DNA of 64,000 nucleotides from a virus (Duplodnaviria; Caudoviricetes): IMG/VR virus record IMGVR_UViG_3300044634_000910, positions 16,435 to 80,434 of that record; one strand, 5' to 3'. Shown piece by piece: positions 55,541 to 64,000 of this stretch (position 1 is its first letter; each line of letters starts with the position of its first letter). The notes under the pieces were generated by a model. It saw only the letters and a program-made list of their open reading frames with translations, ran no database searches and was not told where the DNA came from. The position numbers and the translations under genes were made by a program.

Positions 55541-56214
55541 TATCCCATCCTCCCTGCATTAGCAACCCACTGGTATCCAGTTTTTAGACCTAAAGATCTA
55601 CCGCCTCTTTTTGCTGAGCCAAGGTTTTTCTTATAGGTATTTGGAGTCTTAAAGTATTGTAGCAAACCGCTTGAGTTTAAAAATGATTGTCTAAAATATA
55701 CACCAAAGAAGTTATTAAGAACATTCTCAAACTGACCTTTTGTTTGTCCACCAGGGTTATCTACAGTTACTTCTGATGAAGTAAAAATTTCTTGTCCGTC
55801 AACCTCAAACCTTAAAGCGTTTGCTTTTTTAGGTCTAATCGTAACTGCAATCCCTTCTTCCATAATCTTTGCTTTATTATAAAAAGGTACATTTGATCCA
55901 TTTTTAATTGACTGTGATTGTTTTAAAGATGAAGTAAAAGTTATTCCTATCTTGGTTATTTTGTAATCAATATCAAATAATCTTGCCTCTGGGCTTCCAA
56001 CCTTATGCCATTCATAAATATGGTGAAGTAGTTCTGGAGACATTCTTGAGTTTACATCAACAAACTGTGATGCTAGTTCTGCTATTTTTGGTGCCAGATC
56101 CATGTAGAATGCAGACTTTCCTTTTTGTACTCCATCTAAAAATCCAGTAGAGTATTGCATTATGTTGTTTATTTCTTTTTGAAACTGTCTGCTATCTATA
56201 GTTAAACTCAGCAT
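55540..56214 (-). CDS. Putative neck protein
   Basis: Position in head-tail joining block. Confidence 0.5.
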   Translation of the reverse strand: MLSLTIDSRQFQKEINNIMQYSTGFLDGVQKGKSAFYMDLAPKIAELASQFVDVNSRMSPELLHHIYEWHKVGSPEARLFDIDYKITKIGITFTSSLKQSQSIKNGSNVPFYNKAKIMEEGIAVTIRPKKANALRFEVDGQEIFTSSEVTVDNPGGQTKGQFENVLNNFFGVYFRQSFLNSSGLLQYFKTPNTYKKNLGSAKRGGRSLGLKTGYQWVANAGRMG

Positions 56215-56660
56215 TAGACATCTACCGCCTGATTTTCAGATCTACGGATTACTAAATTGTAATACTCAATACCGCCAAAAGGACCAACATACGGTTCTTG
56301 AGTTGCCACTTCAAAGATGGTTGACTTTCCTGCACGTGGGCCTGATGTCTCTGTGTATATATAATTACAGTTCTTGTCACGAATGTTTGTTAATATAATA
56401 TTTGTTATTGAGTGTGGGGCATCTAAACTTGAAATTCTTAAGTCTGTCTTTACTCTTCCAATTAGACTTGATCTTTGTGTGATATTTACATTTGGCCTTA
56501 CTTCTTCATTGCCTGCAGTTCCTACAGCATTAAAGTTTGCTGCTATAGTCTTATCTATAATCCAAGTTTTCTTAACATTGCCATAAGTTCCCTGCTCAAC
56601 AATTGGATAATATATATCTGCTTGCAATGGGAATATAAAATCTGGCTCTTCGCATATCAT
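56214..56660 (-). CDS. Putative head closure protein
   Basis: Position; YGNVKKTW motif. Confidence 0.5.
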   Translation of the reverse strand: MICEEPDFIFPLQADIYYPIVEQGTYGNVKKTWIIDKTIAANFNAVGTAGNEEVRPNVNITQRSSLIGRVKTDLRISSLDAPHSITNIILTNIRDKNCNYIYTETSGPRAGKSTIFEVATQEPYVGPFGGIEYYNLVIRRSENQAVDV

Positions 56661-57580
56661 TAAATTATCCCTGGCTTGACAATGGTCTTAACATATTTGT
56701 CAAGAATCTTATCTACTAAGAAGTTACCAGTACCGCCAAGCATTGCCTTATCAAACTGAATTTTAAACTGATCTGTATTATATGATGTTACATATCTCTT
56801 GTAATAATCTAACTTGCCACACTTAAGATCTTCTATCAGCAACTTGGCTGCATACTCAACATCTTCAGGAACGTTTAGATACCCGTGGTCTACAACAAAT
56901 GTGTAGTCATATCCTGATGGAAAAGATATTCCTTCATATCCGTAGTAGCCAAGATCTCCGCTTGCAACTGGTAGGTTTTGCGCTGTTGATTCGTATCTAT
57001 TTAACTCAAGAACATCTGCACTAACTCTTTGTATAGCAGTCTTATCTGGTGTTATTGTATATTGATAGTCGCCCAATTCTGGGTTTGATCTATCGTAAAC
57101 TAAGACATTGTTTTCATAAACCTTAAATACTCTATAAACTTTTTCCCATAAAGAAAAGTAGTCTGAGCCGTTACCAGTTCCAACTACTGTTATCTTTTTG
57201 TTATAAAATCCTTCTGGGCAAAAGGTGTCTATCATTGATCTTGCTACTAATTCTAAAATTTTGTATTCAGCAATCTCTGATGCTGTTGTTCCTAATGTGT
57301 TTGGATCTACATATGGTCTGACTAGTTCGTAGTACTCTTCGTGAATTAATTCTTCACCCTCGCCAATTGTAAAAATCTCTACTCTGTAATTATTGTCGTA
57401 TCTTCCAGGAAGTGAGATGTTGATGTTGTCTCCTGTTGACCATTCTAAAAATTCTAAAACTTGTACTGAAAGATCCGCCATATCTGTTACTCTTGCATAG
57501 ATATCTGCATCGCTGTATCCTGAAGGAACAACAAAGTTTACTATGATGTCATCATATGGCGGAACTCTCAATATTTCCAT
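56660..57580 (-). CDS. Head-to-tail adaptor
   Basis: GYLNVPEDVEYAA...TGNFLVDKILDKY. Confidence 0.7.
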   Translation of the reverse strand: MEILRVPPYDDIIVNFVVPSGYSDADIYARVTDMADLSVQVLEFLEWSTGDNINISLPGRYDNNYRVEIFTIGEGEELIHEEYYELVRPYVDPNTLGTTASEIAEYKILELVARSMIDTFCPEGFYNKKITVVGTGNGSDYFSLWEKVYRVFKVYENNVLVYDRSNPELGDYQYTITPDKTAIQRVSADVLELNRYESTAQNLPVASGDLGYYGYEGISFPSGYDYTFVVDHGYLNVPEDVEYAAKLLIEDLKCGKLDYYKRYVTSYNTDQFKIQFDKAMLGGTGNFLVDKILDKYVKTIVKPGII

Positions 57581-57583
57581 ATT

Positions 57584-58045
57584 TTACTTACCAAATTCCT
57601 TGGCAACTTCTTCTGGGGTGGCTGTGCGGATGTGAGAACGAGTAAGCCACTTTTCAGCAGCCTCCTTTTCAACAATGTTATAGCCACGGTAAACCTTGCC
57701 TACCTCTGACCATGTTACATTCTTTGTTGAATAAAGTGCTACCTTTTCTTTAACTTCTGCAGCCTTTTCCTTCTTTTTTCTTTCAGGTGCCTTTGGTGCT
57801 GTTGTTGCTCCAATGACTCCCTCTGCTACTGATCCAAGTGCCTGAACTTCTTCAGGTGCCTGGTAAGCAGGTGCTTCTACAACTGCTTGAACTTCTTCTA
57901 CAACTGGAGTTTCTACAACATGCTCAACAACAGGTGCCTCTACAACAGGCTCTTCTGCAACTGGTGCTTCAAAAACTGGTGCTTCAAATACTGGTGCCTC
58001 AACTACTGCTTCTTCTACAATTGGATTTTCATTATTGTTTTCCAT
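57584..58045 (-). CDS. Hypothetical protein with EAPV repeats
   Basis: ORF track; AAGGAGG RBS; upstream TGATATAAT. Confidence 0.7.
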   Translation of the reverse strand: MENNNENPIVEEAVVEAPVFEAPVFEAPVAEEPVVEAPVVEHVVETPVVEEVQAVVEAPAYQAPEEVQALGSVAEGVIGATTAPKAPERKKKEKAAEVKEKVALYSTKNVTWSEVGKVYRGYNIVEKEAAEKWLTRSHIRTATPEEVAKEFGK

Positions 58046-58081
58046 AATTCCTCCTTGTTAGTATTATATCATTATAAGTAA

Positions 58082-58116
58082 TAAAGGGAGCAGGAGCGTT
58101 AACTCCTACTCCCCTT
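58082..58116 (-). terminator. Intrinsic terminator after the major capsid gene
   Basis: GGGAGTAGGAG-TTAACG-CTCCTGCTCCC followed by TTTAT. Confidence 0.75.
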
Positions 58117-58135
58117 AATTTTTACTGTTTACAGA

Positions 58136-59284
58136 TTATGCATCTGATGCAGCGTCAGCGAATGCGATTGCATCCTGCTCTTCCCACTGAATACCGAAGC
58201 GAACGAAGACTGTGTATTCTACAGTATCCTTCTTTGGCTTGTATTCACGGTTTACAGTGATGTCACGCTGGAATCCCCATACACGGTTCTGTGGGAATGT
58301 CAAGTCGACATATCCTGCAGGGTAGTAAGGAACTTCCTGTACGTCAATTCCGAGAACACGTGTTGTACGTGCTCCGCCGAATGTCTGTGCTGTACCATCA
58401 AGGTATGCCTGACGGTTTGCAGGTGTACCTGCTGGAGTACCAGCAAATGCTTCTGCAATTGCGTCTGCCAAAGTACCATTGTTCTTAATGATTCCCTGGA
58501 ATGCATCTGTACCAGCATAGAACTTCAAGTTAGACTTGATAGCACGATACTTACGTGGCATTGCAAGAATGATGTTCTGCATTACTTCTGTTGTCCAGGC
58601 ATCATTAGTGACTGTTACAACTGACTCATGTGCGTCTCCATCTGTCTTGACACGAGGAACGAAACCTTCCATGATTGAAAGGAATGCGTCTGATCCTGTA
58701 CCTGTTCCGTTGATTGCAAGGTCTTCGATATCGTTACCGAAAGCGTTTGTCATCAAGCGGACAATGTGATCTTCTAGTGCTGCACCTTCGATGTTATCTT
58801 CTAGTGCTTCTGCAGATACTTCCCAGTCAAGACGAATCTTCTTTGTAGTCAATTCAACCTTTGAGAATGTTGCACCTGCGTTTGTGTAATCGCCAACTGC
58901 TTGCGCTGCTGCACGAATAACACGCTCTCCGACGTTTACCTTTTCGAGTTCCATTGTATTGGCTCTCATTGTAACGCGACGGCCATCTTGGGCGAGAATG
59001 GTAGCATCCCACACGTAGTCAATAAAACGACGTGCTTGCTCTGGGCGTAGGATACCTGATCCAGCCTCACCTGAAGGGTTAACTGCATTTGGTCCAGATG
59101 TTACTCCTGATAGTGCTGTTGGGATATTACCCAAGACACCACCATCGGTGTAATTACCTGGTACGTTTGAACCTGCTTCAGATCCAGATGCGAATGCACC
59201 TTGTCCCTGATACAGTCCTGGTGCTGTTCCACCAAGATTACCTGAAGTTCCAGGTTGGTTCTTTTCTATATTTTGTTCCGACAT
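58136..59284 (-). CDS. Major capsid protein (HK97 fold)
   Basis: GILRPEQARRFI, EALEDNIEG, DIEDLAINGTG; follows the protease; AGGAGG RBS. Confidence 0.9.
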   Translation of the reverse strand: MSEQNIEKNQPGTSGNLGGTAPGLYQGQGAFASGSEAGSNVPGNYTDGGVLGNIPTALSGVTSGPNAVNPSGEAGSGILRPEQARRFIDYVWDATILAQDGRRVTMRANTMELEKVNVGERVIRAAAQAVGDYTNAGATFSKVELTTKKIRLDWEVSAEALEDNIEGAALEDHIVRLMTNAFGNDIEDLAINGTGTGSDAFLSIMEGFVPRVKTDGDAHESVVTVTNDAWTTEVMQNIILAMPRKYRAIKSNLKFYAGTDAFQGIIKNNGTLADAIAEAFAGTPAGTPANRQAYLDGTAQTFGGARTTRVLGIDVQEVPYYPAGYVDLTFPQNRVWGFQRDITVNREYKPKKDTVEYTVFVRFGIQWEEQDAIAFADAASDA

Positions 59285-59312
59285 ATTGTCACCTCCTGTG
59301 ATTTTTTACTTA

Positions 59313-59876
59313 TTAATTAAATAAGTCGGCTGTTTTGAGGAAACTACCGCCCCATAGGGATTTTTCAACCGTTTCAGGTTGATTCTGTACTATCTCGCCG
59401 AGATCGCCAGACTTTCGGAAAGCAGTGTCTTGCTCTACAAGTTCCACACGCTTACCAAATTCATTGAATGTATTTGTTGCTGCTGCAATATCTTTTGCAA
59501 CTGCTTCAAATGATTGTTTTGCTGTCTCAACATCCACCTTTGTAGACTTAAGCATTTCTACTTCTGCCTGCAAAGACTTAACTGTTGAAACTAGATCGCT
59601 AAAGGCTGATTCTAGAGTGTTCTTGATTTCAGCAACTGAGTCAACAACTGCCTCATCTGATTTAGATACTTCTGTAACTTCTTCAACTACATCAACTGCA
59701 GGAGTCTCTTCAGACTTTGCAACTTCTTCAGATACTAGGGCTTCGTCAGCCTTAGCAACTTCTTCTGTAGGTGCCTCAACTACGGCATCAACCTCTGGAG
59801 CGACCTCTGACTTTTCTACTTCTACTGATGCTTCTGTTTCAATAACTTCTGCAACTGTTTCTGTGTTTGCTGTCAT
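59313..59876 (-). CDS. Nested in-frame scaffolding protein (internal start)
   Basis: AAGGAGG 8 nt upstream of the in-frame ATG (MTANTE) at the domain boundary. Confidence 0.65.
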   Translation of the reverse strand: MTANTETVAEVIETEASVEVEKSEVAPEVDAVVEAPTEEVAKADEALVSEEVAKSEETPAVDVVEEVTEVSKSDEAVVDSVAEIKNTLESAFSDLVSTVKSLQAEVEMLKSTKVDVETAKQSFEAVAKDIAAATNTFNEFGKRVELVEQDTAFRKSGDLGEIVQNQPETVEKSLWGGSFLKTADLFN

Positions 59877-60629
59877 AGGTTGTACCTCCTTGTTAATCTT
59901 AGAAGTATTAATGCCTTTAGCACTATCAACTAAGAATTTTATCATGTTTGTTTTTTCGCTATCCGTTTTTTCAACGAATCCTATGTTTTCCATCTGCTCA
60001 CCAGTAATCGGGCTAAGTTCTGATTCATTTTCAGATGCTATAACTATTCCATTTTCCTTGTCATAAAAAACATTTTCTAAGACAGTTGAGTCACCCTTGA
60101 TAACATCTACACCGTCAACTTTTTCTACTGAAACAATATTTGCAAATTGATTAGCAGGGGAATCCACAAGACTCAACTCCACTAAATCATATTCCTTAAT
60201 AACTCTAATTGTCTTATCTGCTTTCTCATCATAAGCATCGTCCCACTTATTCATTCGTCCACCAATAGAAAAACCAGTTAGCGTTCCATCTAGAACCTTT
60301 TCCCAAGTATCTTGTGCGCCCTTTGAAACATATGCTGAAACAAATACACCCTTATAGAACTTCTTGGTTTCTGGATCAAAATACCTATCTTCTTTAAAAT
60401 CTACCATCTTTCCTACGGCTACTGGCTGATGCATTTCTCTGATGTTACCACGAAACTTTGCAAATGCATTCATTGATGCTTCGGCTGTTACAATGTCATC
60501 CTGCTTGTCAATATTGTCAAGGGATGCAAAACCAGAAACGATTCTACGTTCTTTATCTACCTTAGTTAAAGGCATAGATAGGCGAAGATTATCACCATCG
60601 GAATTCCAATGTGCTTTTGATATAATCAT
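59313..60629 (-). CDS. Prohead protease fused to scaffold
   Basis: VSGFAS..DKQDD, REMH, GFSIGG, ELSLVDSPAN; acidic coiled-coil C-terminus. Confidence 0.9.
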   Translation of the reverse strand: MIISKAHWNSDGDNLRLSMPLTKVDKERRIVSGFASLDNIDKQDDIVTAEASMNAFAKFRGNIREMHQPVAVGKMVDFKEDRYFDPETKKFYKGVFVSAYVSKGAQDTWEKVLDGTLTGFSIGGRMNKWDDAYDEKADKTIRVIKEYDLVELSLVDSPANQFANIVSVEKVDGVDVIKGDSTVLENVFYDKENGIVIASENESELSPITGEQMENIGFVEKTDSEKTNMIKFLVDSAKGINTSKINKEVQPMTANTETVAEVIETEASVEVEKSEVAPEVDAVVEAPTEEVAKADEALVSEEVAKSEETPAVDVVEEVTEVSKSDEAVVDSVAEIKNTLESAFSDLVSTVKSLQAEVEMLKSTKVDVETAKQSFEAVAKDIAAATNTFNEFGKRVELVEQDTAFRKSGDLGEIVQNQPETVEKSLWGGSFLKTADLFN

Positions 60630-60667
60630 GGTTATTCTATTATATACCCTTTTTTATTGAAGTATCA

Positions 60668-62275
60668 CTATTTGGACATATCGGACACGTCTTCAGATTT
60701 ACGACCTTCGCCCTTTGGATTTCTTCCACTTACTGTGGCTGGTCCATCAGACTGATTGTTCGTTCTTTCGGTATCTCTTTGTCTGTTTGCGTTAGCATTT
60801 GCTGTGTCTTGAGCCTTTGGATCAAACGGTTCATTACCGCCTTCGATCTGAGGCAAACCAAGAAGTTCTCTTCCTTCGTTAGGAAGCATTACCTGTGTCT
60901 TAACAAGTCTTTCAATAATCTGTGACTGAGCAATTTCATCTGTAAGTGTAAGTTCATTAAACTTAAACTCAAGAATGTCTGTTTTTTCCTTGATGATTTT
61001 GTTGATCATCTTTTCAAGGTTTCTTTGTGCTGGTCGTGCAACCTGCTCTTTAAATGTTCTATCCTGGGAAAGTGCTGCTGCGATGGCTGCAGAGTCTGAC
61101 CCACCGATCTTAGAAAGAGGAACCTGGTGAGCAACAAGAATGTCATCACGGTTTTGTTTTCTGTACTCCTTGAATGATGCTTCCTGAACTCCATTTTCAA
61201 CTGGGTCCATCTTAAACTCTACCTTGTTTGTGTCAGAGTCTCCTGGCAAAGGAATATAAAGAGTTCTGTGGTTTTGACCTTTAAGTCCAGTCTGCAAGAA
61301 TCTAAACATCTTGTCTTCTGCCTCTGCAGACAACTTTGCGCCTTTCAATGTTACTACATATCTTGGAGTTGCCTTGTTTTGAAAATAGTCAATGTTGTAC
61401 TGTGATGCAAGTTGGTCTCCATGTAGTGAACCAATTGCAGACATTATGTCTGGTACACCGTAAAAAGTATTTAATGGTGAATATTCCTTAAAGTGAATAA
61501 TCTCATTTGGTCGTGCATCTGTTCCAAGTGGGTTTGGATTTGTTGCTCCAAAGTTGCGGAAGTAAACTACTTTGTTTGCAATAACCTGAACAAATCCATC
61601 ACGAAGACGACGAACACGCATTGTTGTAGAAGGAATGTGTCCTACGTACCCAATGTCTCCACGAACAGTTCTTCCTATTTCAAGGTATCCGTTTCCTGTT
61701 GCCTGCAAATCAGTGAAGACTTTTTCCATTGTAGTGGTAAATGAATCTTCTGTATTTAATGACTCAAGCCAGTCAGTCAATTCAATCTTTGCTCTTTCAA
61801 TTCTCTTACGTGCATTCTCTGCTGTTTTTGGTTCTGACGCTTCTAATTTAAGCATTGTTCTTTTTGATATCTTAAACTCATATCCAAGTCCAACAATGTT
61901 TTCTACTTTAGCATCAATTGCTGCATGGTTAGCAAAAGAGGTATCATAAAAACTTGCAAGTTCGTATAAATTCCATGGTGGTGTAATCACATCAAATAGT
62001 CCGTATGCATTTCTAAATACAGTTCCTGAATTAATTTCTTTAGACTTTGCTCCATCACGGCCTGTGCTTTCTGCTCGTGAACTATCAATATATCCTTGTG
62101 TTGCTTCTCCTTTTATAAGACGAGAAGTTCTTCTTTTAAAGTTAGAATCTAATCCTTGAAGATCTTTTATTATATCCCAAGACTGGTTAAATGGATCTTG
62201 CTTTATAAAAGTATCATCTTCTGGAAGTGGTGTGTCTGTCTTTGCTCTAATAAAAAACTCTTTGTCTTCACTCAT
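60668..62275 (-). CDS. Portal protein
   Basis: TGNGYLE, NEIIHFK..P...YGVP, YFQNKATP, AHQVP, NEGRELLGL. Confidence 0.92.
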   Translation of the reverse strand: MSEDKEFFIRAKTDTPLPEDDTFIKQDPFNQSWDIIKDLQGLDSNFKRRTSRLIKGEATQGYIDSSRAESTGRDGAKSKEINSGTVFRNAYGLFDVITPPWNLYELASFYDTSFANHAAIDAKVENIVGLGYEFKISKRTMLKLEASEPKTAENARKRIERAKIELTDWLESLNTEDSFTTTMEKVFTDLQATGNGYLEIGRTVRGDIGYVGHIPSTTMRVRRLRDGFVQVIANKVVYFRNFGATNPNPLGTDARPNEIIHFKEYSPLNTFYGVPDIMSAIGSLHGDQLASQYNIDYFQNKATPRYVVTLKGAKLSAEAEDKMFRFLQTGLKGQNHRTLYIPLPGDSDTNKVEFKMDPVENGVQEASFKEYRKQNRDDILVAHQVPLSKIGGSDSAAIAAALSQDRTFKEQVARPAQRNLEKMINKIIKEKTDILEFKFNELTLTDEIAQSQIIERLVKTQVMLPNEGRELLGLPQIEGGNEPFDPKAQDTANANANRQRDTERTNNQSDGPATVSGRNPKGEGRKSEDVSDMSK

Positions 62276-62679
62276 TAGTCATCACTTCCATATTTTGCAA
62301 TAGTATCCTTGGCTGCTTGTACTGCACCAAGATCGTTCATAGAAGGGATAAGTCCTTCTGATAATCTTTGCTTTTGCTCAGAGTATTCTTCTTCTGAAAT
62401 TCTTGTTAGTCCTGGTACGAAGATGCACTCGCCATCTCCTTCGTCCCCGTAATATTTTGCTGCTTCCTTTAGTTTAGAGATCTGCATAATGTCACCTTTC
62501 ATGGACTCAATGTTTAACACTGAACCATTTCCGTCTGTAAACCACTTACCGTTAGCCTTCTTATAAACATATAGGCCCCAGTCATAATGCTTTTCAATAA
62601 TTTTTGCACGAGACTCACCCACTTGCCCCTTCATTTTAGGCAGTTGCTTCTTTTTTTTACGTGGATCTTGCATGTTCAT
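62275..62679 (-). CDS. Hypothetical protein
   Basis: ORF track; leaderless after TGGTATACT. Confidence 0.7.
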   Translation of the reverse strand: MNMQDPRKKKKQLPKMKGQVGESRAKIIEKHYDWGLYVYKKANGKWFTDGNGSVLNIESMKGDIMQISKLKEAAKYYGDEGDGECIFVPGLTRISEEEYSEQKQRLSEGLIPSMNDLGAVQAAKDTIAKYGSDD

Positions 62680-62697
62680 ATACTCAAGTATACCATA

Positions 62698-64000
62698 TTA
62701 GACAGCATCGACAGTGGTTTGTTGCGAAGTTATACCTTTATATACGTTGTACTCATATCCGTTTACCGTAAACACCTTGTCTGTGTCAATAATAATCTTA
62801 TTTGTTCCTGTATAACTCTTATATATTGTTTCTGGGTTTACTCCGTAATAACTGCTTGAAGCCAAGACTAAGACCCCATCCCAAATAAAGGCTGAAGACT
62901 GCCAGTAGTCCCATTCAAGAGTAAGTGGGCTTGCATACTTAACAGCAAACCATGGTCGAATCTCTACCTGCTGAACCTCTTGAAGGTTTGTAGACTGGTA
63001 GTAAGATATGGTGTTGAACGTAATGGGTCCATTAAGATTTATTGATCCAACCCTATTTTTAAAGTCTAAGATGTTTGGGAAAGATATACCTAAGAATCCC
63101 CATTCTTTTACTGTAATGACTGGCTCTTTTACAAGTTTGCCATTCCAATAAAAAGATATACCGTCTTCTAGCCTTCCAGTCTTTGCATTGATTGCATAAA
63201 TTTTTGCTCTCTCTCCGCTTGGATGAATGGCTACCATATAAAACTTTATGTGGCTGTTTCTTGACTTTATCTCAAATATTTCTGTTGAACCATATGGGAA
63301 TGCATCTTGGTCATACCTTATGGCTGTCTGTAGTGCTATTACTTTGTAATTTTCTGCCATAGTTTTATTTATTGGAATTGAAAGACCACGGTTAATTAGT
63401 GGATCATAAACACCCTTTAACTCTATGCCAGTATATCTTGTTAGATATAGATATGGAGAACTGCCCTTATAAATTGTAAAAGGGTTTCTGTCTTTGTAGT
63501 CATAGTAGAAACCAGACTTTTTGTATGGATATATTTCATTGCCAAATCTTGTGCCAATAGGGTTTGGAGATGTTGAGTTAAATGCTTGAGAAGCATACTC
63601 AAGGTTTCTAAGTTTAACTCTATTCTTTAATATTCCCTTTACATTAAAATCTAAATGAGTTACTATTGCAAGGTCAAGTGCTCTTGCATTTGATGGTGGG
63701 TAAATAATCATATTATTAACTACTTCATACTTTGTGTTAATCCAGTTTTCTCCTGGAACAACAAAAGAATCATTTGATGGTTTTTCACTGTTAACAAAAT
63801 TTGATTCTGGCAGGTTTGTACCATTTTCAATATATTGAAAAGTAATATACGATTTTACTAAAGCATTTGACGTATCATACTTATAGTTTTTGTACGCTCT
63901 ATTTTTTAAATCATCATAGTTTAAATAACCAGTAAACAACTGATTATCTAGTGATGAATATGTTCTTTGTGTTGGAATGTTATACTCATCATATAGTTCT
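62698..64000 (-). CDS. Large hypothetical (probable virion) protein, C-terminal part
   Basis: Frame stays open to the window end, so the true start lies outside. Confidence 0.7.
   Translation of the reverse strand, partial: ELYDEYNIPTQRTYSSLDNQLFTGYLNYDDLKNRAYKNYKYDTSNALVKSYITFQYIENGTNLPESNFVNSEKPSNDSFVVPGENWINTKYEVVNNMIIYPPSNARALDLAIVTHLDFNVKGILKNRVKLRNLEYASQAFNSTSPNPIGTRFGNEIYPYKKSGFYYDYKDRNPFTIYKGSSPYLYLTRYTGIELKGVYDPLINRGLSIPINKTMAENYKVIALQTAIRYDQDAFPYGSTEIFEIKSRNSHIKFYMVAIHPSGERAKIYAINAKTGRLEDGISFYWNGKLVKEPVITVKEWGFLGISFPNILDFKNRVGSINLNGPITFNTISYYQSTNLQEVQQVEIRPWFAVKYASPLTLEWDYWQSSAFIWDGVLVLASSSYYGVNPETIYKSYTGTNKIIIDTDKVFTVNGYEYNVYKGITSQQTTVDAV

Noticed and set aside
1-64000. Stop-codon reassignment
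   Set aside because: Genes are full-length and tightly packed under the standard code

Overview
64 kb of a large tailed dsDNA phage genome, with essentially all genes on the minus strand. It is most likely a siphovirus-like phage of Actinobacteria, judged from a WhiB gene, many extended -10 promoters with leaderless starts, and a secreted host-like surface protein. Read in gene direction (high to low coordinates) it has: a head and tail module (portal, prohead protease with nested scaffold, major capsid, neck, major tail, two chaperone paralogs, a 3947-aa tape measure protein, minor tail proteins); a replication and recombination module (DnaB, primase, SSB, DnaE, RecA, Cas4-like exonuclease, RuvC-like); a displaced terminase pair; and a ~19 kb accessory region. 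The accessory region carries secreted surface proteins, proteases, tRNA-Asn, a CHAP endolysin, a sulfation/halogenation/hydroxylation enzyme cluster, WhiB, two luciferase-like monooxygenase paralogs, Hsp20, candidate ncRNAs and an HNH gene. The strongest candidate for a new system is the tape measure protein. It appears to carry enzymatic cargo (a kinase-like domain, an ADP-ribosyltransferase-like domain and possibly a nuclease-like segment) placed next to repeated D-x-x-PAML-x-PGE modules, which suggests a virion-injected effector polyprotein. Other notable signals: two promoter-bearing structured RNAs next to the HNH gene, a recurrent H-type pseudoknot, a ROSE-like thermometer on hsp20, a promoter-switched RBS-occluding hairpin, and an AUU-initiated secreted protein. 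All calls come from reading motifs by eye; no database searches were run.
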